A DNA stretch of 64,000 nucleotides. Source: Syntrophales bacterium. GTDB taxonomy: Bacteria; Desulfobacterota; Syntrophia; Syntrophales; UBA2210. Below are positions 50,524-61,178 of the stretch, piece after piece (the first letter of the stretch is position 1; each line of letters opens with the position of its first letter). Under the pieces are notes generated by a model. That model did no database searches. It was not told the DNA's origin and saw nothing but the letters and a program-made list of their open reading frames with translations. Location: the NCBI GenBank assembly GCA_963666365.2, contig CAXXNF010000001.1:480001-544000 (forward strand). The letters are read 5' to 3'. The translations under genes and the position numbers were made by a program.

Positions 50524-53500
50524 ATGCCTGAACAGGTCAGGGGATTCGTGGTCGCATTTCTGGTGCTATCTGCGTTCTTCTGGCATATTGTGCCCGCGGT
50601 AGATCCTGTGCGTGCTGAATTTCCGCTCTGGAATCTGGATGAGCGGCCGTACACGGAAGAAGAGCTGCGCACACAACTGCCCTGGTATCTCAAGGATTAT
50701 CAAGTTATCGACGGGGAGGCCGCCTGGAACGCCATTACACCGACGGAAGGGGGCTATGACGCCTACAAAGGCCATGTTGCCGCTACCCTGCCGCTGTTAG
50801 GCAATGCCCGCATAGATGCATCAATAACTATCGAACGGGGCGTGGCCTATGAACCGACGCCCGAGGATCTGGCCCGGGTTGAGGAAAGTACCCTGCCGGT
50901 CTATGGCGTTACCTTTACCCCGACGGAACAGGACGGCCGATTGATCACAGCCGCAGTCTGCTACATTCCGGAAGAAGTGCTGGAAACAGCGGCAGCCGCA
51001 CATCAGGGAACCAGGGTACTCGCTGCCTCCGTCTCTGCAGCGGGGCAGTATGTGAAGATAGTCCAAGAAGTCGCAAACGCGACAAGTCTCGGCGCCACCG
51101 TCCAGGGCGCCTGGGATACCATGGGCCGGCATGAACAGCTGATGCGCATGTTGGATCTGGCCAATGATATCGTTGACAACGAATCACGGGATCTCATTAT
51201 TCGCAAATTGAGCGCCATGGCCTATGACGCGAGTTGTAATGAGTTTTTCAAAGGGGGGTCAGGGATAGGATCAGCGGTTATTTGCATTGTTGCAGCGCCG
51301 GAGACCTTGGGGGCCAGCCTGGTGGTTGGCGGCAGCGGATATTTGTACGGAATGATGTTGGACTGGAGCTTGGATCGTAAGATAGAGCAGATAAAGCAGG
51401 AAATGATCGATCTGGGCGTCGACTTCGACCGACCGGCCGGGACCGTGGACAAATCGGGGCTGGAAGCCCTGGTGACCGAAATCGAACAACTGGATGAGGC
51501 TGATTTTACCGCGGCAAGCTGGTCGCGGTTGTCCGAGGCGCTTGCTCAAGCGAAACTGACACTGGGCAATCCTGATATGACCCAGTATCACATAAATCTC
51601 GCACTGCAATGGTTGTCAAAGACCCGCAGCACCATGGAGGACAATCAATCTGGATTTGAAGCGGCCCCGGCGGTAGCGGGGGATAAAAAACGCGGAACTG
51701 CTTTCGACCTGAAGATCACCGGCGCCAGAAATGAATACGGGATACCGCATTCATCAGGGTTTGTCGTCATGGTAACCAGCAATCTGGAGCACGGTGCGCT
51801 CTATAATGGAGAGGCGGTCTTCGCCGGCGGAACCGCCACAGTACCCATTACCCTGTACACAGAGGGCGCACATACCCTGACGATACAGGTGGCAGCTGTG
51901 GCACGGTCCCGGACCCTGTCCGTAACCGTCGTGGTTTCACAGGAGGCGTGGAACGGCATCGTAACCATCGATGACACATTTGATTTTCTTCCCCGTACAG
52001 ACGGCATCCGCGATACCTGGGTGAAGCAATTAAGCGCGACTGCCGATGTCATAACAGCCGCAGTAATGTATCGGGACGAATCCGGCATAGGGCAGATAGG
52101 CGCCATAGAGGTATCGGCGCGGTTGGCTACCCCGCTCGCCACTGTCAGACTGGAAATAGACAAGGGATGGGTCTTCTGGCAATTTCTCAATGTAAGTGCA
52201 CACTACGAAAGCTGGATATATGATCCGGGAACTGCCAAGGCTACCAGGATTCTTACCGCCTCCGATGCCGATGCCCCCGCATTCGGTTTCCAATTTCAGG
52301 GCGGCAGGGTGCTCTGGGTGGACACTGCTCAGGGATTGATGTGTTTCAACGGCGCCGCATCCATCAAACTGGCCGACAAGGACACCTTTTTTGATCCTGT
52401 GCTCAATAACGGCTGGGTGGTCTGGAGAGAGCGACCGGCTGATGCCGTTGCCTGGAACGCATCTCACGTCAAGCTCTACAATGGCAGCGAAATTCTGAAT
52501 CTCAGCCTCATGGGCGATGCAGGCGATTATATCGGGCACTATCAGGCAACGACCGATGGCTGCCGGGTGGTGTGGAAGGGACAGAAATATCCGAACAGCT
52601 CTATAGAGGACCTCTTCTCCTACGACGGCGCCACTGTCAGGCGCCTTACCACCGATAACCCGGGACCTATCCGACACCTTCGGTTCTGGATGGACCGGGT
52701 GGTGTGGCAGCACGGGGCATACGAACTGTACCTCTGGGACGGGCAGAAAGCATCACTTATTATCGACAGCCTTCCCGCAGAAACCGAGTGGAGCACCCGC
52801 CGCCACTGGGACTTCCGGGAAGGGAAGGTGGTGTGGCACGAACATCTGGATTTTCAGAAGGAAGGAAATACGGGGTGGTGGGGCGGACCTGCGGGACCGA
52901 TTCACCTGTACGATACCTCTACAAAGACATCTCGGCAGCTCACCTGGGAAGGCAGCCAGTACGATGGGTGGAGCATAAGGAATCTGCAGTTCGATGGCCG
53001 GGGAGTATTCTGGGCCTTCACCAGATTTTCCGGCGATCCGGATTATCTCTATCAGCACGTTCTGATGCTCTATAATTGGGAAGCCAATGGGAATATGACA
53101 CTTGACCACTATAATGATCCTGCGGGCTACTATGTTACGTCTTTTTATGACAAAGGCTTTGTGGCGTGGTCCAGACGGGAACTCAGCCCGGAGGCACGGT
53201 GGTGGTTTTGGGAAGTGCCGGATGCCGGCGGCGCCAGGCAATGGATGATGGATAAGCTGGGCGATGATGACTATCCCTGGTATGATACGGAAGTATTCCG
53301 CTACTCGCCTTACACAGGGATCCAGCAGCTGACCAGACAGGATTATGAACCTGATGATGCCCAATTGGGAGGACTGAATGCCGGAAGGGTCATCTGGGCA
53401 GGACTGAGGCTCCCTGCCGGAAGCGAATTGCCCCCGGTCGGCCCGGGCACAGTCAGTGGGTCGATCTGGAACCAGCGTGATGCCTGGAGGGAGATTTACG

Positions 53501-53676
53501 CCAGGGTGACGCCGATATCTTCAGAGGATTTTGTGAAATCCGCACTGCAGGGTTTTGCAGTTCTTTGCGGTATAGCCATAGATCTCAATATCAGCGACAA
53601 CGATTTTAATAAAAATGGAAAAATTGATCTCGGAGATATTGCCTATGCCCTTCAAAGAGCTGGCGGATTGAGATAA
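50524..53676 (+). CDS. Large secreted multidomain protein (FIVAR-like helix bundle, Ig-like, Trp-rich beta repeats, dockerin-like C-terminus)
   Basis: GGAGG RBS, signal peptide; VDKSGLEALV...FTAASW; repeated xVVW/LYDG units; DFNKNGKIDLGDIAYALQ. Confidence 0.75.
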   Translation: MPEQVRGFVVAFLVLSAFFWHIVPAVDPVRAEFPLWNLDERPYTEEELRTQLPWYLKDYQVIDGEAAWNAITPTEGGYDAYKGHVAATLPLLGNARIDASITIERGVAYEPTPEDLARVEESTLPVYGVTFTPTEQDGRLITAAVCYIPEEVLETAAAAHQGTRVLAASVSAAGQYVKIVQEVANATSLGATVQGAWDTMGRHEQLMRMLDLANDIVDNESRDLIIRKLSAMAYDASCNEFFKGGSGIGSAVICIVAAPETLGASLVVGGSGYLYGMMLDWSLDRKIEQIKQEMIDLGVDFDRPAGTVDKSGLEALVTEIEQLDEADFTAASWSRLSEALAQAKLTLGNPDMTQYHINLALQWLSKTRSTMEDNQSGFEAAPAVAGDKKRGTAFDLKITGARNEYGIPHSSGFVVMVTSNLEHGALYNGEAVFAGGTATVPITLYTEGAHTLTIQVAAVARSRTLSVTVVVSQEAWNGIVTIDDTFDFLPRTDGIRDTWVKQLSATADVITAAVMYRDESGIGQIGAIEVSARLATPLATVRLEIDKGWVFWQFLNVSAHYESWIYDPGTAKATRILTASDADAPAFGFQFQGGRVLWVDTAQGLMCFNGAASIKLADKDTFFDPVLNNGWVVWRERPADAVAWNASHVKLYNGSEILNLSLMGDAGDYIGHYQATTDGCRVVWKGQKYPNSSIEDLFSYDGATVRRLTTDNPGPIRHLRFWMDRVVWQHGAYELYLWDGQKASLIIDSLPAETEWSTRRHWDFREGKVVWHEHLDFQKEGNTGWWGGPAGPIHLYDTSTKTSRQLTWEGSQYDGWSIRNLQFDGRGVFWAFTRFSGDPDYLYQHVLMLYNWEANGNMTLDHYNDPAGYYVTSFYDKGFVAWSRRELSPEARWWFWEVPDAGGARQWMMDKLGDDDYPWYDTEVFRYSPYTGIQQLTRQDYEPDDAQLGGLNAGRVIWAGLRLPAGSELPPVGPGTVSGSIWNQRDAWREIYARVTPISSEDFVKSALQGFAVLCGIAIDLNISDNDFNKNGKIDLGDIAYALQRAGGLR

Positions 53677-53763
53677 ATATTTCTCAAATTCAGAAAATAA
53701 TATATCACATGATCCATGGAACGGCACCAAACATTAAATAGAAACCTATAAGGACATCACCCT

Positions 53764-54660
53764 ATGAGCGAATTTTCCGTAGCGATTTCCAACAGAAAAA
53801 AGACCCGCTTGTTGGCGTTTATGATGATGATGGAGATATACACCCTAGGCGTCTCCGCCATCGGTATGTTCACCTCAAATTCCGTGGTATTCGTGGCCAA
53901 CTTCGTCATTGCCTTTACGGGCGCACTGGCTGCGGGACTTTCGTTGTATACGGTCAGAATGATGTCCCGCGGAATGGATCTGCGCAATACCTACGGATTG
54001 GGAAGAATGGAAACAATCTCCAGCATTGTGGTGGGCGTCACCATGGTGCTCGCCGCACTGTTCGTCGGGTACGAAACGATAATGAAGGTGCTCCATCCCG
54101 TCACACAGCATGGCGGTTTTGCGGCACTGCTGTTGACCTGCGTTTCTTTCATCGCTTCCCTCTGGCTCTGGATAAGCAATTACCGGTTGAGCAGAAAGGA
54201 ACATTCCCCGATATTTGACTCGATGTGGCGTATGGCCAGGATCGGAGCGCTCGAGGATTCACTCATCATCCTGGCCGTCGGCATCGCGCTTATTTTTCAT
54301 GGCGCCGTCTGGACACGCTATCTTGATGTCTGTGCCACATCAATCCTTATGATCAGCATCATCAAATCCATATACGACGTCTTTTCCAGTTCCCTGTCCG
54401 ATCTGCTGGATCGCAGTCTCGATGAATATCACATGCTCATTATTCTGCGCGAACTCGTAGCCAATTTTGACGCCTATGACCAAATTCACGGATTTCGAAC
54501 CCGCCGTTCGGGCAGCCAGGCCTTTATTGAGCTGTTTCTGGAATTTAATCCCGACACCAGAATGGAAGCGCTCTATGATCTGCTGGACCGTATGGAATCG
54601 GCACTGAAGGAGCAGATACCGCAGGCGCAGGTGTTGATTATCCCCAGCCGCTCGTCATGA
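53764..54660 (+). CDS. Cation diffusion facilitator family transporter (divergent)
   Basis: YGLGRMETIS, six TMs, DLLDRSL, HGFRTRRSGS..FIELFLEF. Confidence 0.8.
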   Translation: MSEFSVAISNRKKTRLLAFMMMMEIYTLGVSAIGMFTSNSVVFVANFVIAFTGALAAGLSLYTVRMMSRGMDLRNTYGLGRMETISSIVVGVTMVLAALFVGYETIMKVLHPVTQHGGFAALLLTCVSFIASLWLWISNYRLSRKEHSPIFDSMWRMARIGALEDSLIILAVGIALIFHGAVWTRYLDVCATSILMISIIKSIYDVFSSSLSDLLDRSLDEYHMLIILRELVANFDAYDQIHGFRTRRSGSQAFIELFLEFNPDTRMEALYDLLDRMESALKEQIPQAQVLIIPSRSS

Positions 54661-55706
54661 CGGGCACAGGGATGTCGTGCGCCACCATGATTATGCAGCG
54701 TAACATAAAGGGATTCATGATGTATGAAATGTTAATGTGTGTGCAGGCCGCAAAAAAGTATGCAGGCTCGCTTTCAGGCCTGCTGCTGTTATCAGCAGTG
54801 CTGGCATCAGGGACATGGGCGGGAAACGAATCCCCTGATATGGGCCGATATTTCTTCTCCGGTAACGGCGTGCTCACCATAACAAGCGAGCAGACCACAC
54901 AATCATTTTCCGGTGTGTACCGCAAGGGACGGGGAAATTACGACAGAGAGGCGATTCGTCGGATCTGCCGCGTATTCAACGCCCCCTGTAAACCTTCCCG
55001 CATGGAACTCTCTTTGCGTCTCATCGAATTTATCGATTATCTTGAAGATCAATTGCACAGAGGCGCCAAAATCACCATTACCTCAGGCTACAGAAAACCA
55101 CGCTACAATACCATGCTGAGAGATGAGGGACATCTGGCGGCCAAGGCCAGTCTGCACCAGTATGGCATGGCGGTGGATCTCAAAATAGAGGGGGTCCACC
55201 CAGAGACGCTCTGGCGGTATGTCCGGGATCTCAAATTCGGCGGCGCCGGGTATTACCATGGAACGATAGTGCATGTTGATGTGGGGCCGGCCCGTTTCTG
55301 GGATGAAACCACCTCCGGCGTGGGGACGGGAATCTCCGACGACAACAAGCTCATCGGCATTGTCACCGACTACGATGTGTACCGTCCCGGCATGACCATA
55401 ACGCTTCGATTTATTCGCATGACCGCCTTCCCCATCCACGTTGCATCATCGTTCTCATTACTGCGTCAAAACAGCCGAGGAGAATTTGAAGCACACGGGA
55501 CTTTCATTCCTCTATTCCCCCTTTCGTCTTCAGGCGAATGCACCGGGTTCGAGAACATCGATGAAATGAATTACATCACATGGCGTCTGCCAATCGACAC
55601 ACCCCCAGGCCGCTATAAAATACAGGCCCATTTCTGCGAAATGAAATGGCCCGACATGCCCCCATACATCGAAACCCCGGCCTTTGAAGTAAGAACCGCA
55701 CAATGA
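54657..55706 (+). CDS. DUF882/YcbK (peptidase M15, MepK-like) protein with C-terminal extension
   Basis: ITSGYRKPRYN, ASLHQYGMAVD, GYY...VHVDVGPARFW; start uncertain. Confidence 0.82.
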   Translation: MTGTGMSCATMIMQRNIKGFMMYEMLMCVQAAKKYAGSLSGLLLLSAVLASGTWAGNESPDMGRYFFSGNGVLTITSEQTTQSFSGVYRKGRGNYDREAIRRICRVFNAPCKPSRMELSLRLIEFIDYLEDQLHRGAKITITSGYRKPRYNTMLRDEGHLAAKASLHQYGMAVDLKIEGVHPETLWRYVRDLKFGGAGYYHGTIVHVDVGPARFWDETTSGVGTGISDDNKLIGIVTDYDVYRPGMTITLRFIRMTAFPIHVASSFSLLRQNSRGEFEAHGTFIPLFPLSSSGECTGFENIDEMNYITWRLPIDTPPGRYKIQAHFCEMKWPDMPPYIETPAFEVRTAQ

Positions 55707-55760
55707 CGAGGGGGGGGGGGGGGAGGGGAGTGACACTGCTTCGAAATAAGCAGCACACTA

Positions 55761-57446
55761 TCATTTCAAGCGAATCTGCCCCTTTTTAATCTTCCTGTAT
55801 ATGGTCGATGGGTTGATATGAAGAAGCTCAGCGGTTTTTTCGATGGTGCCCGATTCCTGATAGGCCCTTTTGACAAGGATTTCCTCCACCTTATCAAAGG
55901 CATCCCTCAGCGGCATCACGCCATGTACCGAAATATCTTCTTTCTGTTTTTCCGATGATTTGACTTCCAGTTGATTCACAAGATCGTATTCCGCTTCATC
56001 GACCTCATCAGAACTTGCGACGACAAGCAGTCTCTCGATGACATTTTTCAGTTCACGAACATTTCCTGGCCAATTGTAATGATAGAGGCGGGGAATCAGA
56101 GAGTTGCCGATTCTGACGTTTGAACCGTACTTCAGGTTGAGCGTTTTCAGGAAAAAGCGGATGAGGGGCAGGATATCATCGCGCCTGTCCCTCAGGGGTG
56201 GGATATGAATCGGAATGACACTTAAACGGTAGAAAAGGTCCCGTCTGAATCCCGTCCCATCGGTCAGCTGTTCCCTGGTGAGATTGGTCGAAGCGATGAT
56301 CCTGACATCGGTGGAAATTGTCTTATTTGAGCCCACCCGCATGTATTCATTCTCCTGAATGACCCGTAGGAGCTTGCTTTGCATTCCGAAAGGGAGTTCG
56401 CTGATCTCATCGAGAAAGAGGGTCCCCTTTTCCGCTTCATCAAAGAGCCCTTTTCGCCCTCCCTTTTTCGCCCCCGTGAAGGCCCCTTCCTCGTAGCCGA
56501 AAAATTCCGATTCCAGCAGTTCGGAGGGAACGGCAGAACAGTTGACGCCGACAAAGGGACCGGAATTTCTACTTCCCGCCTGGTGGATCATCCGCGCGAT
56601 CATCTCCTTGCCTACTCCCGATTCACCCCAGATAAAAACCGGCGAATCGAATTTACCCGCCTTGACGGCGACCTGCACCACCCGCTTCATCTGTTCGCTG
56701 GAATAGACGATACGATCCTTTTCTAGAAGAACCTCCAGAGTATTCAGTCGTTTATAATACTGATCTTTCAGCGTCTCGGAACTCGTGAGATCGCTCTCAA
56801 GTTGAATCATCCTGGTCACGTCCCGTCCTGTGCTAATCACCTTTCGAATTTTCCCTAGGCTGTCACAAAAAGGGGTGCTTCGCCACTGGAGGGTGAAACC
56901 CGAACCGTAGGTAACATTCGTGCTCGTTGGTTTCTTCCCTTTCAGCGCATTCAGGGAGGCCGATCCCGACAAGGCCCGTTCTTCAACGAGTTTGTGCAGA
57001 TTCATACCGATCCATTCCTTTACATCGACACCGATATATTTGGACAGAGTTTCGTTGAGATGCTCAAGCACACCATCCTGGTCGGTAACCGCAACCCCGA
57101 CATCAATGGTGTCCAGAAACATATCGAAATCCATCACCTTGAGAATATCCGCCGTATCGAAAAGGTAGAGGTGGCCTCTTCCTTTTCCTTCCAGCTCGAT
57201 GGGAAAGACCGTGATCCGACGCGGCGTCTTTCCGATTCGGATGATGCGCGGCGCCCGCAAAACCTCGACAGATTCATGCGTTCCGAAGTGGGGATCGATG
57301 CCAGATAGGTTGTCAAGAGAAGAGAAACCCGCAGAGCGGAGTATTAATGCCGCCGGATCATTCGTCAGAAGGATACGCCCTCCTTCATCAGCAAGGAGGA
57401 CGGGATTAACCAGTTGCTTTAGAATATCTTCTTCAACAGCGATCAT
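55761..57446 (-). CDS. Sigma-54-dependent transcriptional activator (PAS, AAA+, Fis HTH)
   Basis: GESGVGKE, ESEFFGYEEGAFTGA, LFLDEI, FRRDLFYRL, WPGNVREL. Confidence 0.93.
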   Translation of the reverse strand: MIAVEEDILKQLVNPVLLADEGGRILLTNDPAALILRSAGFSSLDNLSGIDPHFGTHESVEVLRAPRIIRIGKTPRRITVFPIELEGKGRGHLYLFDTADILKVMDFDMFLDTIDVGVAVTDQDGVLEHLNETLSKYIGVDVKEWIGMNLHKLVEERALSGSASLNALKGKKPTSTNVTYGSGFTLQWRSTPFCDSLGKIRKVISTGRDVTRMIQLESDLTSSETLKDQYYKRLNTLEVLLEKDRIVYSSEQMKRVVQVAVKAGKFDSPVFIWGESGVGKEMIARMIHQAGSRNSGPFVGVNCSAVPSELLESEFFGYEEGAFTGAKKGGRKGLFDEAEKGTLFLDEISELPFGMQSKLLRVIQENEYMRVGSNKTISTDVRIIASTNLTREQLTDGTGFRRDLFYRLSVIPIHIPPLRDRRDDILPLIRFFLKTLNLKYGSNVRIGNSLIPRLYHYNWPGNVRELKNVIERLLVVASSDEVDEAEYDLVNQLEVKSSEKQKEDISVHGVMPLRDAFDKVEEILVKRAYQESGTIEKTAELLHINPSTIYRKIKKGQIRLK

Positions 57447-57479
57447 GAATGTCCTCAGCTCTCAGGCATTGTTATTTTC

Positions 57480-57530
57480 TGCACGATGCAAGATATTCTT
57501 GCATAATGCAAGATATTTTTGCATAAAGCG
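57480..57530. promoter_or_regulatory. Putative upstream activator sequences
   Basis: Tandem TGCA-N3-TGCA boxes including the palindrome TTGCATAATGCAA. Confidence 0.65.
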
Positions 57531-57596
57531 AGATTTCTTATGAATTTCGGAAAGGGTCTTTATATAAAATGAAGTAAATTCATATCATTGCAGTAA

Positions 57597-57612
57597 CGGC
57601 ACGGCTATTGCT
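57597..57612 (+). promoter_or_regulatory. Sigma-54 (-24/-12) promoter
   Basis: CGGCACGGCTATTGCT; GG at 57598-57599, GC at 57610-57611, 10 nt between. Confidence 0.8.
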
Positions 57613-57653
57613 TTCGCTGAAGAACAAGTACGGAAGAAAAGGAGAAAAAGAAG

Positions 57654-58550
57654 ATGACAATCCGTTTCGATCAGCGAGTCGCGATAGTAACGGGTGCAGG
57701 AGCGGGGCTCGGCAGAAGCTATGCTCTGGAACTCGCCGCCCGTGGCGCGCGAGTGGTGGTAAACGATGCCGGCCTCCTTCCCGACGGCGCCTCCCGTGCC
57801 CTTGCGGTGGTTGAAGAAATCCGCCGTCAGGGCGGCCGTGCCGTCGACAGTTGCGACAGAGTGGGGAATCGGGATGCAGCGGTAAAGATCGTTGCCGCGG
57901 CCATGGAGCACTTCGGGCGGCTTGATATACTCATCAACAATGCGGGGATTCTCAGGGACAAGAGTTTTCACAAGATGCCTCTCGACGATTTCGAAGAGGT
58001 GCTTCGGGTCCATCTTCTCGGGTCCGTCTATCTCACCAAAGCCGCCTTTCCACTCATGCAAAATGCACATTACGGGAGAATCCTTCTGACCACATCGACT
58101 GCCGGTCTTTACGGCAATTTCGGGCAGACGAATTACGCCGCGGCCAAGCTCGGCCTTGTGGGATTTATGAATGCCCTTAAACTGGAAGGATTGAAATACA
58201 ACATTACCGTAAACACTATTGCGCCCATCGCCGCTACGGGAATGGCGGGAGGAACATTTCCGGAAGAGATTTCCGACAGGATCACACCGGAACAAGTTAC
58301 ATCGATGGCCCTCTATCTCGTGAGCGAGGAATGCAGGGTCACGGGAAGGATTCTATCGGCAGGGGGAGGTTACTACTCGAGCGCGCACATGATCGAGGGA
58401 ATGGGGGTGCGTTTCGAGCCCGGAAGTTCTGTCACAGTGGAACAGGTCGCGGAACGGTTTTCAGAAATCATATCCATGAATGAGCCGCGTCATTACGAAA
58501 ACGCCGCTGAAAACGTGGTGCGCATACTGTCTCCCCTTGTCGGGGAATAG
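57654..58550 (+). CDS. SDR oxidoreductase, MFE-2/HSD17B4-like 3-hydroxyacyl-CoA dehydrogenase
   Basis: TGAGAGLG, NNAGILRD, GLYGNFGQTNYAAAK. Confidence 0.9.
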   Translation: MTIRFDQRVAIVTGAGAGLGRSYALELAARGARVVVNDAGLLPDGASRALAVVEEIRRQGGRAVDSCDRVGNRDAAVKIVAAAMEHFGRLDILINNAGILRDKSFHKMPLDDFEEVLRVHLLGSVYLTKAAFPLMQNAHYGRILLTTSTAGLYGNFGQTNYAAAKLGLVGFMNALKLEGLKYNITVNTIAPIAATGMAGGTFPEEISDRITPEQVTSMALYLVSEECRVTGRILSAGGGYYSSAHMIEGMGVRFEPGSSVTVEQVAERFSEIISMNEPRHYENAAENVVRILSPLVGE

Positions 58551-58599
58551 CGGGATACGCGGCAATTCATTATCAACAAAGAATATATCGGGAGGGTAT

Positions 58600-59892
58600 A
58601 TGAAAGATCGAATCTATGTCATCGGAGTGGGCATGACGCCGATCACCAAAGACGGCGGTTCCTATGAAGACTTGTGTCGCGCCGCAATTTCCGAAGCCAT
58701 GGAAGATGCAGGACTCAGTTTTGAAGGGGACCAGAATGCCATCGGCGGCATCTGGTACGGCAATTGCGGACAGGGCATGCTCACCAGCCAGCACAGCATT
58801 CGGGGCCAGGTGATCCTGAGGCGGCTCGGCTTCGAGTGCATGCCCGTCGTGAACGTCGAGAACGCCTGCGCCACGGCATCCACGGCATTGAATCAGGCGG
58901 TGAATCACATACTGGCCGGAGCATCCGATTTGACGCTGGCGGTGGGAATTGAAAAGATCATGCCCGATTTCACTACGCTTGACGACTTTCCGGAAATTGC
59001 CGCGGCCCTTCCCCATCTCGGACTGGCCGCATTCTGGGTAGGATGCGAGCAGGACAAAAAGAAACTGTACATCGAGAAATGGCGGCGGGAAAAATCGGAA
59101 GTCCTCGGGATTCCCTATGAAGAAACAAATGTAGGCGGCGACCGGAGCCCCTTTATGGATTATTACGCCGTAAAGGCCCTGAAAGTCATGAAGAAGTACG
59201 GCTACACCCAGGAACAACTGGCCAGGGTCTGCGCCAAAACCCATCACCACAGTTCGATGAACCCGAAGGCGCAGTACCGGAAGGACATGACCTGGGAGGA
59301 CGTCATGGCGGATAAGCCCATCACCTATCCCCTGACCCGCCCAATGTGCGCGCCCACGGGCGAGGGGTGCGCCGCGGCCATAGTCTGCTCAGAACACTAT
59401 CTGGAGGAGCACAGAAATATAAATGATCCGATCCGGATTCTCGCGTCGGTCATCGTATCGGGACGTGCACGGGGAGATTTCGATCAAGACATATCGGGCC
59501 GGGGGGCTGAGATCGCCTTTCAACAGGCGGGGGTAGAACGGAAGGACATTGATGTGCTGGAGCTTCATGACGCGACAACCTTCGGCGAAATCTATCAGAC
59601 GGCCCAGGCCGGTTTCTGCCGCGCGCAAGACGCCGGTGTGTACTGCTCTTCCGGGGCGACCGCCCTGGGTGGAGAGCTGCCGACAAACGTAAGCGGCGGC
59701 CTTATTTCCCGCGGCCACCCTGTCGGCTGCACCGGTCTCGCCCAGGCATACGAACTGGTGACCCAACTGCGGGGGCGCGCCGGCGAACGGCAGGTAAAAG
59801 GGGCAAAGACCGGCATGCAGATCAACGGAGGCGGCGTGATCGGCGTCGAAGAAGCAGCACTGGGAGTGCATATCTACCGCAAAGAGGAATAG
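58600..59892 (+). CDS. Thiolase (SCP2-type)
   Basis: NVENACAT, ELHDA, NVSGGLISRGHPVGCTG. Confidence 0.9.
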   Translation: MKDRIYVIGVGMTPITKDGGSYEDLCRAAISEAMEDAGLSFEGDQNAIGGIWYGNCGQGMLTSQHSIRGQVILRRLGFECMPVVNVENACATASTALNQAVNHILAGASDLTLAVGIEKIMPDFTTLDDFPEIAAALPHLGLAAFWVGCEQDKKKLYIEKWRREKSEVLGIPYEETNVGGDRSPFMDYYAVKALKVMKKYGYTQEQLARVCAKTHHHSSMNPKAQYRKDMTWEDVMADKPITYPLTRPMCAPTGEGCAAAIVCSEHYLEEHRNINDPIRILASVIVSGRARGDFDQDISGRGAEIAFQQAGVERKDIDVLELHDATTFGEIYQTAQAGFCRAQDAGVYCSSGATALGGELPTNVSGGLISRGHPVGCTGLAQAYELVTQLRGRAGERQVKGAKTGMQINGGGVIGVEEAALGVHIYRKEE

Positions 59893-59916
59893 AAAAAATT
59901 TCAAGGAGGAAAGATC

Positions 59917-61152
59917 ATGGAAACTACACTGCCTTTGGAAGGAATCAAGGTTCTGGATTTCAGCACCTATGCAGCCGCACCGATCTGCGCGATGACCCTG
60001 GCGGACTGGGGCGCCGATGTCATAAAAATAGAGTCGCTGACGGGCGACATGTTCCGGTTCTTCGGTTTTATCATGCACTGTCCGGTTCAGGAGGACGACA
60101 ATATTCAATTTGAGATGGACAATAGAAACAAGCGCGGAATCTCGCTGAATCTGAAAACACAGGAAGGGAAGGAAATCATAGGAAAACTGCTTGAGACGGC
60201 GGATGTTCTTGTCACGAATTACCGTCCCAAGGCGCTGGAAAGTCTCGGTCTGGATTATGAAAGCGTATCCCGGAACCATCCCCGCATTGTTTATGCATAT
60301 TTAAACGGTTACGGAGACAGGGGACCCGACAAAGACAAGCCCGGCTTCGATCTATCCGCATTTTTCGCCCGTTCAGGCATTCTGGTCGAGATGCCTGAAC
60401 CTGGATCGCCTCCCCTGCCGCCACTGGCCGGATTCGGAGATCACCCGACGGGCACAATCCTCGCCGGCGGCATATGTGCCGCCCTTATCCAAAGAGAGAG
60501 AACCGGAATGGGATGCAAGGTCCAGACATCTCTCTTTAATTCGGCCCTTTGGAGCCTGCAGTTGAATATCGCCGCGGCCAATAACAACGCTCACCTGCCT
60601 GAGGAGGAATACAACAAGATAAAAGGCCAGCGGACAAAACCCCGCTCGGCCTTGATGAATACGTATCAATCAAAGGACGGCCGATGGATCACGATCATGG
60701 CCCTCGAATACGACCGCTACTGGAAACCTTTCGCTGAAATAGTGCTCAAGCGGCCGGACTTGGCGGACGACCCGCGCTTCAACAATCAAACGGCCGGTTT
60801 TCAACATGCCGAAGCACTGACGGCCCTTATAGATAGGGTTTTAGGAACTTTGACCGAAGAGGAAATAGTGACAAGACTGAAAGCGGCCGACATCGCCCAT
60901 GAGGTAAACCTTCGCTGGAAGGAGATCAAAGACGACCTTCAGGCGAAAGAAAACGGTTTTATCATGGAATGCACAATGCCGAGCGGACGCATGGACTGGG
61001 TAATGGGAAACCCGGTGCGTTTCAACGGAGAAAAGACCTCGATCCGAAGGTATGCGCCCCGTCTGGGAGAGCACAATGACGAGATCCTTTCCGAGATGGG
61101 CTACGGTGCCGAACAAATTGCAGCCTGGCGAACAAATATGATCATCAAATAG
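59917..61152 (+). CDS. Family III CoA-transferase (CaiB/BaiF)
   Basis: PLEGIKVLD, LADWGADVIKIE, NRNKRGISLNLK, PGFD, APRLGEH. Confidence 0.92.
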   Translation: METTLPLEGIKVLDFSTYAAAPICAMTLADWGADVIKIESLTGDMFRFFGFIMHCPVQEDDNIQFEMDNRNKRGISLNLKTQEGKEIIGKLLETADVLVTNYRPKALESLGLDYESVSRNHPRIVYAYLNGYGDRGPDKDKPGFDLSAFFARSGILVEMPEPGSPPLPPLAGFGDHPTGTILAGGICAALIQRERTGMGCKVQTSLFNSALWSLQLNIAAANNNAHLPEEEYNKIKGQRTKPRSALMNTYQSKDGRWITIMALEYDRYWKPFAEIVLKRPDLADDPRFNNQTAGFQHAEALTALIDRVLGTLTEEEIVTRLKAADIAHEVNLRWKEIKDDLQAKENGFIMECTMPSGRMDWVMGNPVRFNGEKTSIRRYAPRLGEHNDEILSEMGYGAEQIAAWRTNMIIK

Positions 61153-61178
61153 AACGTTCCGAATAAGAGGAGTCGGCA

